Shown piece after piece: positions 1 through 12,489 of a DNA stretch of 64,000 nucleotides; within the stretch, counting starts at the first letter, position 1; the number at the start of each line of letters is the position of its first letter. A program made the translations under genes and the position numbers. Location of the stretch: assembly GCF_902459465.1 (NCBI RefSeq), contig NC_047080.1, positions 4,712,001-4,776,000 on the forward strand, written 5' to 3'. This DNA is from Asterias rubens. Lineage: Eukaryota. The notes below the pieces were generated by a model, which was not told the origin of the DNA, did no database searches, and saw only the letters and a program-made list of their open reading frames with translations.

Positions 1-20
1 TTGATGTCCCTGTGTTTAAC

Positions 21-390
21 TAAAGACACTGGACACAATTGGTAATTGTCAAGGACCAGCTTCTCACTTGGTGTATCTCAACATTTGCATAAAATAACAA
101 ACCTGTGGAAATTTGAGCTTAGTTGGTCGTCTAAGTTGCGAGATAATAATGAAAGAAGAAAAAAACACCCTGTCACACAAAGTTGTGTGCCCTTATTAAT
201 AGATGCTTGATTTCGGGACCTCGGAATCTAACTCTGAGGTCTCGAAATCAAATTCGTGGAAAATTACTTCTTTCGCGAAAACTACGTTACTTCAGAGGGA
301 GCTGCTTCTTACAATGTTTAATACTATCAACAACTCTCCATTGCTCGTTACCAAGTAAGTTTTTTATGCTAACAACTATTTTGAGTAACC
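21..390 (+). mobile_element. Kolobok-like MITE family A copy, right end truncated
   Basis: Starts taaagacactggacacaattggtaattgtc; same internal body as about 20 other copies. Confidence 0.8.
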
Positions 391-874
391 TGTAAGGACA
401 CTATCCAAATGGTTTAATTTCTAGCAAGAAATCTCTCAAAGGAAAATGTTCAGGACTTAATGCAAACAATCTAAACATGAGTGTATACCAGTTGAACCAT
501 GTTAACATTTGCTAAAGTAAACATAAAAGTTTGACCTTTTTTTTGTCCGGTCCCAGTGTATATTCATTCTAAAAATACATCATGACATACAGGGAAATAT
601 TTAATTACAGGGGGGGTGGGGTGGGGGAAGGATATATAGTCGAACGGCTGACAAAGAAACCTAAACATCGAGAACAATCGTCTAATCATGATACAGGGAT
701 CTAAACTGACCTGCAAATGCATCGCAGATGCACTTTAGAAGTACTTTTAAAATCAAATTCAATAGTTTCAATATTGGTAACTGTTCTTTGAGCGTGATTT
801 GGGGGCATTGCATGATGAGGTATCAATGCATTTGGTTTGAGTTGATATATCTATACAATTTGGTTTTTACCCAT

Positions 875-1050
875 GCACCAATGTGTGTTAGCACTGTATA
901 CTCAGTACTTTCCCGAGTCATGTGAACAAAATATCACATGCATATTACTCGGGTGGGATTCGAACCCACGACCTTTGCAATTCTTGAGCAGTGTCATACA
1001 CCAGCTATATAGACTACCGAGATTGCCCGGTAGCTGAGGCAGTTTGAATC
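875..1050 (-). mobile_element. tRNA-derived SINE family S1; other pieces at about 28010-28135 (+) and 38690-38800 (-)
   Basis: B box ggtcgtgggttcgaatcccacccgagtaatatg shared among the three loci. Confidence 0.7.
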
Positions 1051-3866
1051 TAAGGGGGTACCGCAACGACATAATATATTGCATCAGGGATAAGAAATAT
1101 ATATGTATATCTGCTTTGCTGTAGATTATGTTCTTCGAGAACTTTTCTTGATATTTATTCAACTGCGACGGAGTATACTTGTGGAATTCGGGAAACGTCT
1201 CAGTTCTGAAAAGAAACTTATCTGTTCTTAGTATTCTCATTTCGTGTGACATAAAACCATAAAATAAAACTTTTATTTTTGGGTTAATCCGGAGGTCGTT
1301 GGTTCGAATCCCACTCTAGTCAATTCTTTGTTCAACCCCAAAAATCATTTCAAAATTTACCCAGTCAGTTTTCACTGTGGTTTATATTGATAAAATAAAA
1401 CTTTGTAACAATCATGACTATATGTTCCCAGACTGGTTCATATTGATCCTCCAGGTATACCGCCTGTCGGGTTATTTGACGGTTCAACACGGCCCTGGCA
1501 GGTGAACAAAGTAAACGGTATAAAAACATCAACGGAAACAGAGACTTGGTGGTTTCCGGTTTCTCCTTTGAAGAGCTTTCAAAGAAGACGGGGTTTTTGA
1601 CGGACGAGCAGACACAATTGGAGAATGCTGACGTTCTTGGCTTGTTTTGAGGGAGGTCGACTCTGTGAATGGGCTGTATGAAGCATCCTAACATTTAATG
1701 GGTAATTGTGTTATTATTTCATGTTAGCTCAAGGTTCAAGTCTGCCAGTGGCATAGCCGATTGTGAGTCCATGGTCCATGAAACTATGAGTCACAATGTT
1801 TAAATAGAATTATAGCATGTATAGAGATGATGAATATTTTGCAAAAGGGAACGTGTATTATCACGACAGCCAGCTGTACTATACATGTTTCAAACGCATA
1901 CAAATAATAGAAGTATCAAAGATGACAACAAAAAAGTGACTTTTTTTGTCATATTTTATACTTTTATTTTTTAAGAGTAACAAAAATAATTAAAACAGGG
2001 AACAACCCATAATATTGCTCTACTCTTTTTTTCTTCCTGTCATGAAATTGTTTAGTATATTTTCGAAGGCTGACCAGAATCAGATAGTACAAACGCAATA
2101 TAATTTTTAACATGTGTTTATAGTGGTAAGGTATCAGCTCTATAATTAGTTATCAAAGTTGACACTGATTCGTATATTATTTGTTGACTCAGTTCAGATC
2201 CAGAGAATGTTCACGATCAATGGTCCTTGCTCTATGACCGAACCAACATATTTTAAATATCAACGAATTCCATTCAAAATCTCATATCTTCACGAAGTTA
2301 CACCCTTATCTTTATAATAAGGCTTCAACAACATTGATACTACCCCTACCAGGGACTCCAGCATGAGGCAATGAGTGGCACCTGTTACCTTAAATTCGTT
2401 TGAAATTAACCCCATGTCCTACACCCCTGGCACCAAGCCCTCTGGCAGCCCCGAGGCAATCAAGACATGGACCACCGTTTACTGGGGAAGTGAGATAAAA
2501 GTAGAGAATGGGGAGACCAGTGGGCTAGAGGTGAGGGATCCAAGACAGGGATCCACGACGGGGAACAAGGCAACAGGTGTTGCGTCCAACAGCTTGATGG
2601 GGTTATTAGATAAAGCTTATCCAATTATTGCGACGCTCTTATCAATAACGAAATCATGGAGTCCATAGGTGGTATGAAGAGTGTGACGTCATCACAAAAG
2701 TTATAGATGGGATCTCATGAAAAAATACTTCAAAAGGTCTTTGATGCAACTCTTTCAATACTAAACCAATGACGTGACTGGTTTTACCATATAGAGCAAG
2801 GTTTAACTGTCATCTTTTACTCAGTTTTTAAGACACAATATGCAGCTTCGTAAAAGTAATACACAACAAATGTTTTGCTGGTGAAAGCCATGTGAATTGG
2901 AAAAAGTTTTGATTCGGAAAAAAAAACGAGAGCTGAGAAAAATGCCGAGTCGCCAAAATGGACACTTTGTTATAAGGACACATTGTGATACACAGCGACC
3001 GAAATAACACATCTCCTTTCATGGGTTTCTTTCGTTTGATAAAATCTTATTATTAATTTTTATCCCATACTCATCGCCAAAAAAAAAAAACATTTAAAGG
3101 TTAGCGTCAATTTTTATTTACCCGGTATCAGGTCTTGCTTGGAGATTTGTTTTCTTAGCCATTGTATTTCTTGGTGTTGGACTTAATTAGGGTAGTAAGC
3201 CTTTTCTCAGAAGAGATGAATTAAGAACGGATACCATCACCGCTAAGATAAAGAAATCGTCTCAGCATTTTGCACGAATTCACACCGTATAAAAATAGAA
3301 ATATCCAAGCATCATTTCCGGAACCAATTTCCAGCTAGACAACCGCACGAGCCACTGTAGTTTTAAAAGAAAAACAGTTTCTACTCTCAAAGAGGAGAAA
3401 AATCTGTGCATTTCATCGTGATAATCCTCACGAGTCCCGACGGACGATCTTTACCTCATGCGAGACCCTTAATTTACTAATTGAGGGGTACAACAGGTGC
3501 ATGTAGCAATGGGAACAACTTTCCCTCTTACGATGTCCTAAAGGTATTAATCAATTACATTGTGTGTTTATCCCATTTCAGGCAAAATGAAAACCTTCCA
3601 AGGGAAAGTCAAATCTCAAAGATTTGCCAATTTATTCATAATCCCTTTAAGTGGAGTCTGATTAAAATCAGAATCGCCAAAACATGATAAGGAGCAATTC
3701 AATTAAATGCACTTTTGAAATTATGAAATTAAACTTATAAAAGTTCACCACGGTGCACCCTGCGTAGAACCTTTGAATACAAACTATACTTTGGGTCAGA
3801 ATTGACCCAGATTCCCAGGTCACAGGGCCTGTTCCATTTCTGGGTCAGGCTGACACGAAAATGGTT

Positions 3867-4253
3867 TTAAAGGCAGTGGACACTATCAGTAATTGTCGAA
3901 TAGACAAGCCCTCACAGTTGATGTTACTCAACATATGCATAAAATAACAAACCTGTGAAAAGTTGAGCTCAATCGGTCATCGAACTTGAGAGATAATAAC
4001 GAAAGAAAAAACACCCTAGTCACACGAGTTGTGTGCGTTAAGATGGTTGATTTCGAGACCTCAAGTTCTAAATCTGAGGTCTCGAAATCAAATTCGTGGA
4101 AAATTACTTCTTTCTCGCAAACTATGGCACTTCAGAGGGAGCCGTTTCTCACAATGTTTTATACCATTAACCTCTCCCATTACCCGTCCCCAAGAAAGGT
4201 TCTATGCTAATTATTATTTTGAGTAATTACCAATAGTGTCCACTGCCTTTAAA
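3867..4253 (+). mobile_element. Kolobok-like MITE family A, complete copy
   Basis: ttaa-AGGCAGTGGACACTAT...ATAGTGTCCACTGCCT-ttaa: TIRs with AG..CT termini and TTAA on both sides (Kolobok hallmark); no coding capacity. Confidence 0.88.
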
Positions 4254-4898
4254 GTAAATTTAGATTCTGCGATATTTTGTCGTGTTTCTTGTGTCGCTTT
4301 TGCAGTGACAAGATGCCTCGTTGTAAATCCATCGCGCTAGAAATGCGTTGTGAAATCTTCTGAAGTATCTTGTAAAAAACAAGTTAAAATTGCTTTTTAC
4401 GATTTGTCAAAAATGGCCGATCGAGTGGCTGAATCATGCAAGGAAAACACATCAGTTCTATCATTTTCCATAGAAAGATTTTCTTATCGTTAAAAATCCC
4501 TCAGAGCATTGAGATTCACCCAATAACACACCGTGCACCCGAATGTCACCGAAAAAGAAAAGAAGAAAAAAAACCACAAAAAAACAGCGGCTTTGCTGAA
4601 AGACTAACCCGGTATTATGAGTTGGCTAATGTTTGTTTTTATGGCTTAAGATGATTGGTTAGAATGAGGTGTAAATTATGCCAGGTATTTAGGCCTTCAA
4701 GGCTACCGTCACTACAGGTGCCAATTTGACATGAGATGACAAGTACAGACTCCCCATGCTAAGCGAGAATAGATCTGCTTTCTAGCAGACAAGGACAGGT
4801 GTCAATTGAGTTAGCTATGAGAATATAGAGTTTAATATAAAAAGCAGGGCAAACTACCTAACAGAAACAGAGTTGTAATTATTACATTCTTCCATCGT

Positions 4899-5280
4899 TT
4901 AAAGGCACTGTACACTATTGGTAATTACTCAAAATACATGTTAGCATAGAAACTTACTTGGTATAGCCTAAACAAGCAATGGAGAGATGTCGATAGTTTA
5001 CAACGTTGTGAGAAACAGCTCCCTCTGAAGTAACATTTTGAAAAAAACTTTAAAGAGGTAATTTCTCACTCAAGTAATAAGATACCCCCGTAATTTCAGC
5101 TGAAACCTTTTATTATGCATCTAAAAGCATACAAAGTATGCAACAAGGGTGTTTTTTTTTCTTTAATTATGCTCTCGCAACTTCGATGACCAAACGAGCC
5201 CAAACTTTCACTAGTTTGGTTTCTTTTGGGATACACCAAGTGAGAATCCTGGTCTTTGACAAGCAAAGGTGTCCAGTGCG
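4899..5280 (-). mobile_element. Kolobok-like MITE family A variant, inverted
   Basis: ttaaaggcactgtacactattggtaattactc ... aaaggtgtccagtg; body is the reverse complement of the family. Confidence 0.8.
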
Positions 5281-5602
5281 AGAACCGTGGCAAAACACAC
5301 AACTTTCCCCCAAATCGCAATGCAAAAAGACTTGCTCTCAAGTGATGATGACCACTGATAAGAATGTGATATTGTTTTGATGTAAGTTGATATTTAACAT
5401 AAATACATCAAGGCCTCCATGCAACCTTCCTGGAACGCCCAACCACAACACATTACAGTAAATGTAATTTAACATAAACAAAAGACAGCAAACACACACT
5501 GGAGACCAATCAGTTATCACCACTGGAGTACTTCTGCTGTTAACCATTAGTGAGATAAAACTGGGTCAACAAACTGGGTCGAGGGGCTTTCAAATATTAC
5601 CT

Positions 5603-5975
5603 TTAAAGGCATGGAAACGATTTGTAAATACTCAAAATAATTGTTAGCACGCAAAAACTTAACGAGCAATGGAGAGCTCTTTATAGTATGAAACATCGTA
5701 AGAAAATGTTTCATCTGAAGTATGTAGTTTTTGAGAAAGAGGTAATTTCTCGCTCAAATATTAAAAGACTTCGGGACTTAAGCTTTGTTGGGACATCTGA
5801 AAGCACACAAACTTGTGCAACAAGGTTTTTTTTTCTCTTCGTTATTCTCTTGCGACTTCGATGACTGCCAATTGAGGTCAAATTTTCACAGATTTGTTAT
5901 TTTATGCATATGTTGGGATATACCACGTGAGAGTACTGGTCTTTGAGAATATTACCAAAGGTCCAGTGCCTTTAT
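5603..5975 (-). mobile_element. Kolobok-like MITE family A, inverted, abutting the next copy
   Basis: ttaaaggc ... attaccaaaggtccagtgccttta. Confidence 0.8.
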
Positions 5976-5979
5976 ACCT

Positions 5980-6366
5980 TTAAAGGCAGTGGTCACTATT
6001 GGTAATTGTCAAAGACTAGCCTTCACAGTTGGTGTATCTCAACATATGCATAAAATAACAAACCTGTGAAAGTTTGAGCTCAATCGGTCATGGAACTTGC
6101 GAGAAAATAATGAAAGAAAAAAACACCCTTGTCCCACGAAGTTGTGTGCGTTTACATGGTTGATTTCAAGACCTCAAGTTCTAAATTTGAGGTCTCGAAA
6201 TCAAATTCGTGGAAAATTACTTCTTTCTCGAAAACTATGGCACTTCAGAGGGAGCCGTTTCTCACAATGTTTTATACCATCAACCTCTCCCCATTACCCG
6301 CCACCAAGAAAGGTTTTATGCCAATAATTATTTTGAGTAATTATCAATAGTGTCCACTGCCTTTAA
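5980..6366 (+). mobile_element. Kolobok-like MITE family A, complete copy
   Basis: ttaaaggcagtggtcactattgg ... aatagtgtccactgcctttaa. Confidence 0.88.
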
Positions 6367-7846
6367 ATGCACATAAAGCACGGTACCAACTCACAGCTTT
6401 CCCCGATACCTCGTGACCCACATCAACCCCAGAACAAACAGTTTAGGCTTTTAAATTGCTGGCTGGGAGGGATCTGTAGTGACATCTTACAAGAAACAGA
6501 AAACAGAGTTGTTTTTGGTGAAGAAGTGTTTCTGGATTTTAAGCGATGGTAAAAGTGATTGGGAGCGGGTGGTGAGGAGTTTGTCAAAGTGAAAGAAATT
6601 CAAAGATAAAAGTGGCATTTGTTATAAGGCATACAGTGAGGAGTCTGCCGTATTCACCAGTCGTGACTTTATTAAACAACAAACTTAGTTAGTATCTTAC
6701 ATTAGAATGATCACAATCCGTATTCCAATTTTTATTTTTAGACGGTACATTTTGAGTTCAAGTTGTAATGCAAAGTTCACAAGTAAATTTTGTTCAAAAT
6801 TCAAGTCTTCAATATACTCACATGTCCAATCATGTACCTCCACTTTCGTTTCAACAAACTCGGATAATTGCATACATTTGTATAGATCATTTAGGCCTAC
6901 ATTTTGAGATTAATTTTTAATGCAACAAGTCTAATTTTCACTCATCAAAACTTTCAACCAACTGTCAAAATTACATAGAAAGGTAACAAGTAGACCTATA
7001 TCCCATTTTACGTGCTTAATTCAATTACCAGTTACGGCAATCGAAATAACCAAGAGTTATTTGGGGCCTTCAAATGCTATTTTCTCAAACTTTGGCAAAC
7101 TTTTCTACCATATAGGAAATTTATAACATTTTGAACTGCATAATGGTGAGCTCCCTGATTGATGAAACGAAGAGCACTTTTATATTAACCTTTGAACAAC
7201 TTAAGTCACCCTAGAAATTACTTTAAAAGTTATAAATCATAATTAAAGACCATGGCGCCATAAAAATTGATATTGATTTTTTGTTCTGAAAATATCGCGG
7301 AGTGAGGAGTGAAAATTGGCACATGTTGCAAAACAATGGGGGCAATGACACATGTAGCAGGTAAAGTACACATACTGTCATATCCGAAATACCGGCAGTT
7401 CCTTTAGTGCAACAAATGTTTCACTTCCTTCACTCCCCGAGGAAATAAAACCTCACCGATATACCACCAAAGTAAAAAAATCCTGGCGCCATGTTCCTCT
7501 TACAAAGCATGGATTTCCATAATATTTATATTTGATTAGAGTTTCTATTTGTATGTTTTCCCAGCAGATTGCCACTTAAGGTATGTACACAAAATAAGGA
7601 AACAAGGTTAATTTTAACCCTTCAGGCAGGATGTAAATGTGAAAGGCTTGATAAATACTCCAATAATTCTTGGCTAGACTCTGGAAAAAATTCTTGTTAA
7701 CCGTGACCCGTTATTATTATTCATAATAATAGATTTGTAACTCAATTTTAGGGGTACTTCTAAAAGGTATATTGTGGCCCACATGATTATTCTTGGATTA
7801 AATGGGTTGAGTTTTATCCTTGAAATGGGTTTTATCCCCTCCAGGT

Positions 7847-8188
7847 ATGGACTGGATCAAGTTGCTGAAAACTTTTCATCGGGACTTTTCAGTCAAGGGC
7901 TTAACATTCTTAAAGAAACAAGCAATTTACCTAGCTGTAGAAATCTTTGAAAACTTTGCTATTGTATCTAAGCTTCACCAATAAACAAAAATATCTTTAA
8001 AACAATATTCAAAATTTGCTTTTGTGAAGACTGTTTTTCTTCTCAATCATATAAAATTCAAGCTACAGAAGTGTTTGTACTTTTGTAGTTTCAGCAACAC
8101 CACATGTCAGATGAAACAACAGTTTGTCGAAGAACAAAATCAACTCCCAATCCCCTCATCAAAGAAGTTTAAACTTTTACAACGGTGA
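7847..8188 (+). pseudogene. Decayed coding-like frame (114 codons, one internal stop), unknown family
   Basis: MDWIKLLKTFHRDFSVKGLTFLKKQAIYLAVEIFENFAIVSKLHQ-stop-TKISLKQYSKFAF...KKFKLLQR; preceded by an acceptor-like cccctccag. Confidence 0.4.
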
Positions 8189-8889
8189 CTGCTCTAGATT
8201 CCGGCACCCCTATAGTTCAGAGAACCCCATGTACCAAAAACACCCATGTGATTTTCGCTAGGGTTAAATACGGTTATTTTTAGGGAAAAAAGGACAAAAA
8301 GATTATCGGAACATATAAGGGGTGTCTGAACAGAGGGCTGTAACTTTTACAACAGCAAGTAACGCCTGTATGGTTGCTCTTAAATCCAACAAATTATTGC
8401 GATATTTTCAAACCTTTTCATAATATTGCTTCTATAGTCTCTTCCATTTTATTGACAAGCTATCTCAAATTAAAATGGTGTGGTTTTCACTGTCTACAGT
8501 TGTGCTTTGGTTATTATTAGTAACAATGCTTTGCTGAATTGTATTGAAACAATTCTAAGGAAATGAGCGATCTTTACTCATTTGAAACTGAAAATGGTGT
8601 GACTGGTCAAACGGATTCTTTAAGGAAGTTCAGGGGTTGAGTTATCAAGAAAAGAAACAGAGGATGTCAAGGTCAAGGAATCCTTCTTTTCTACAGAAAC
8701 AATGACTTTCTTATCTTAATGGTCTCGATTAATAGTCTTATAAGTGTATTGTCCATCCGAGGAATATAAACAAACGGGTCAATTCTCTGACAGAACACAA
8801 TGGGCTGAAACACAAAACATGACTGTATGTTTTATTTTATTTATAAATAAGCTAAATAAGTGTGAGACCACAACTCAAAGACATACTTT

Positions 8890-9502
8890 GTTGAGAGGGG
8901 TTTGGGTTTAGGGGGTTTTGAGGTGTTGGACTGGATTGGTGAGGGGGTGTGGTGGGAAGTTGAGGGGTGTTGACGAGGGATTGTTAAGGGTGTTGACGAG
9001 GGGTTGTTAAGGGTTTGGTGAGGTTTTGTTTAAGGGGGTTGGTGAGGGTTGGTAGGGATTGGGAGTGTTTGTTATGGGGGGGGGGGGTTATGGAGGGGGT
9101 TGGTTTGGTTGGTGAGGGGTTAGCGAGGTGGTTGGTTAGCGGTTCGGGGTTGGGGGGGGGGGGGGGGTTGAAGAGGGATGGGTTGTCCCAAGACGTGCAT
9201 TTGTGATTCCTTCATGGGTCAAGTTTTAGAGTGAGTTCCCCTTCTAGGATGTTGAGGGGTGTTGGCGAGGGGTTGTTAAGAGTTTGGTGAGAGGTTGGTA
9301 AGGGAATTGGTGAGGGGTTGGTGGGGATTGGGAGGGACTTGGAGTGTTTATTATGGGGGGTGGGGTTGTAGAGGGGATTGATTTGGCGAGGGATTTGCGA
9401 GAGGTTGGGGGTTTGCGGGGTAGGGGGGTGGGGTTGACAAGGGAAGGGATGTCCCAAGATGTCAAGATGTGCATTTGTGTTCCTTCATGGGTCAAGTTTG
9501 GA
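8890..9502. repeat. G-rich low-complexity tract arranged as two diverged units of about 270-300 bp
   Basis: gtcccaaga..gtgcatttgtg.ttccttcatgggtcaagttt recurs at about 9185 and 9452; many G runs. Confidence 0.75.
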
Positions 9503-9959
9503 GGAGTCCCCCTCGCCGCTCCTAAGTACCTCCCAGTCTATGCCAAGCTCATAATGTTGCAGTTTATTTGGCATTAAATGCGGGTGAAACACTCAATTTG
9601 TTCTCACATAAGTTGCATAAAAGGTATTTCGATATTTAGCCTGACCCCATAAATAAACCTACCTGTCAGAATACATTAAATGTTCCCCAGATGGTACCAA
9701 TGAATGACAGGAGGCAGATCACATTTACAGAAACAAAACGTCCATCGGGAATTTATTTTATTGTTTTACGAGAGCAGAGTTTTATATTGCCAAGTTTATG
9801 TTTGTTAATCATTTAAAGATGTAGTAACTACTGACTTATAAAGTCTCAAAGATTGCATGTGCATCACATGAGATTTTGGATGGCAAGCTCGGCACAATGC
9901 TGTCCTGATCATGGGAGTTGTTGACCATAGACAAGGAACATGAGATGAGGGTACATACC

Positions 9960-10670
9960 ATGGTCTGAGCATAGACTGAAAGACCATTCTGAGATGGTCA
10001 ACCCAAAATGATCATGCTGGGATGGTCAGCCTGAGATGGTCGTTCAAAGATGGTCAGTATAAGAGGGTCAGAATGAGTGGGTACAAGGTTGTTCTTCGAC
10101 GGTCAGCTCCCTCTAGCCTTTCTGAGATGGTCAGCATGAGATGATTATTCTGAGAGGGACGATTAGAGAAGGTCAACTTGAGAGCTTCACTCTGAGATGG
10201 TCAGAAGGAGAGGGTAGATGGTCAATCATTCTGAGATGGTCAGCTCAGAATACCCATGCTGAGATGGTCAGCATAAGATGATTATTTATTCTGAGAATGA
10301 CATTCAGAGATGGTCTACCTGAGAGTACCACTCTTAGTTGGTCAGAATCAGATGGTCAATGGTCAGCCTGAGATGATTATTCTGAGTTGGTCAGAATCAG
10401 ATGGTCATTCCGAGATGGTCAGCCTGGGAAAATCTTTCCAAGATGGTCATTCTGAGATGATCATCCTATAATTGTAATTTTTAAATGACCAGCTTGAGAG
10501 GACCATTCTGAGCTGGTCAGCCCGGAATGGTTAGCCCAGGATGGTCAGCCCGTGAGGATCATTCCAAAAGGTCAGCCTATAACAGTCCTTCTAGGATGGC
10601 CAGATTGAAAGGACCACTCTGAGCTGGTCAGCCTGTGAGGGTCATTCTAAGATTGTCAGCCTAGAAGGGA
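9960..10670. repeat. Old, diverged tandem repeat built on a ctgagatggtcag motif
   Basis: Motif recurs more than 20 times at irregular 10-40 bp spacing. Confidence 0.8.
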
Positions 10671-11580
10671 GAGACAATCCCTTTAAACATCTGGGAATCC
10701 TAGAAGAATGTTCCACCTGTAGCGCCCATACACACTCCGGTAAGATAATAGCACTATACCAGACACCAAGGCGGCACCACCAACACACCTTTACAACTCC
10801 TCCAAGTCATTTCTACATATTTGCAACATGTGAAGGATATCAGTTCAGTACCAGAGGGTATCATAAAGATTTGGGTTTCTAGGATTGTTTTCAGAGAGGT
10901 CCTCTGGGAGGTATGGGGACGTTGGACGATGGGGTATGTTTGGGGTCCTTGGGGCTAGCAAGGGGAGGGACAGGGGAGGTACTTCTTGATGTGTGAGTTA
11001 TGCTTGGGGTAGTTGAAAATGATTTAAAGATCTTGGAATTAAAAGATGAGGTATTTGGGTGATATTTCTTATAAGGAAAATATATGTGTTAAAAAGGAAA
11101 GTAGGAAGTGGCATGATATATGGTGTGGGGAGGTACTTCTTGAACTTCAAGATAAATTATGTGGAGTAAAAAGTGTCAGAGCTATAAAACTATTGGATCT
11201 TGTAATCAGGGAGATTTTGTACATAAAGGTTGCAGAGACTTATCATTGCATAGACTGGGTTGACATCACAGTCTCCAAGGTAGAAATCAAAAACCAATTG
11301 TATGGGAACAGGTTGAAGTACTTAATAATATACTCTAGCATTAACAGTCTTTAGTTCATTATTGAGCTCATGGTCACGACCTTAAAGTAAAACTGGCACA
11401 CCCCCATCAACAATTGGCTTTTGTGAAATTGTTACGGAAATCTCGAACAGATTTGTTTGCAGCCTTGCCCTTTTTCAGAATAGTTGAATCAACTTCTAAA
11501 TAATGAGTAAAGAAGTAGGTTAGTGGGGACATAAGTGGGTTGTATAATGACTAGGAAAAAGGCCATGTGATGCATGGCTG

Positions 11581-11840
11581 ATTTGGTTAAATCGACTAGG
11601 TGTAGAATTGAATGGCAGACGAACCAGTAAATAGAAGGGATGAGATTTGGTTAAATTGACTATGTGTAAAATTGAATGGCAGACGAACCAGTAAATAGAA
11701 GGGATGAGATTTGGTTAAATTGACTATGTGTAAAATAGAATGGCAGACGAACCAGTAAATAGAAGGGGTGAGATTTGGTTAAATCGACTATGTGTAAAAT
11801 AGAATGGCAGACGAACCAGTAAATAGAAGGGATGAGATTC
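11581..11840. repeat. Minisatellite, 4 x 64 bp
   Basis: atttggttaaat.gacta.gtgta.aat.gaatggcagacgaaccagtaaatagaaggg.tgag starting at 11581, 11645, 11709, 11773. Confidence 0.95.
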
Positions 11841-12489
11841 GGTGAATGTGAAAGTTTTCACTGAATTCTTCCCTCTCTACAGACCAAGAACCTCCCAACG
11901 GTTTACAACTAAGTGTAACACGTATAGAATACACAACTAAGCTCAATTTCATTGCCCTGCTTACCATAGTGCAATTATGTGAGCTGTAAGCGCAATGTTC
12001 TGCAGTAAGCGAGCCATGAAATTGAGCCCAGGTTTTGACACAATGATGTGGGCTCTTACTTCATCCCTTGGTGAATGCTTTAGTTCTATCAAAATAATTT
12101 AAAGGCTCAAGGAGATTTGAACAAAATCTTGAAATCAGGAAAAATTCTGAGAAATAACATGCCTACAATAGTAAAGGGCATTATCATTTAAGTTTCTCAA
12201 GTGGATTACACATACCGACAAGAGAAGCAGTCAGATTATTTGGTGGAGTTAAATTAAAAGATATTATAATCAAGTTAAAGACATAATATTATTTTTTAAA
12301 GTTTACTTCACAAACTGTTTTTAACTGAATGGAGACTCTTGCACGAGACGTTCAGTGCAAACAGGGGTCAGGACCCTTTAGTTTTATAATGGACGACCAA
12401 CAAACCAGACTGATGGGAGAGAATGTGTATAAATAGGTTAATAATCACAAACAGGGAGAGATGTCTGTGGAAAGAGCTCAAGTTAGGAT

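Noticed and set aside
3490-3590. Micro-exon pair (cag|...AAG|gt...cag|)
   Set aside because: Would need a 38-nt intron and gives no recognisable peptide.
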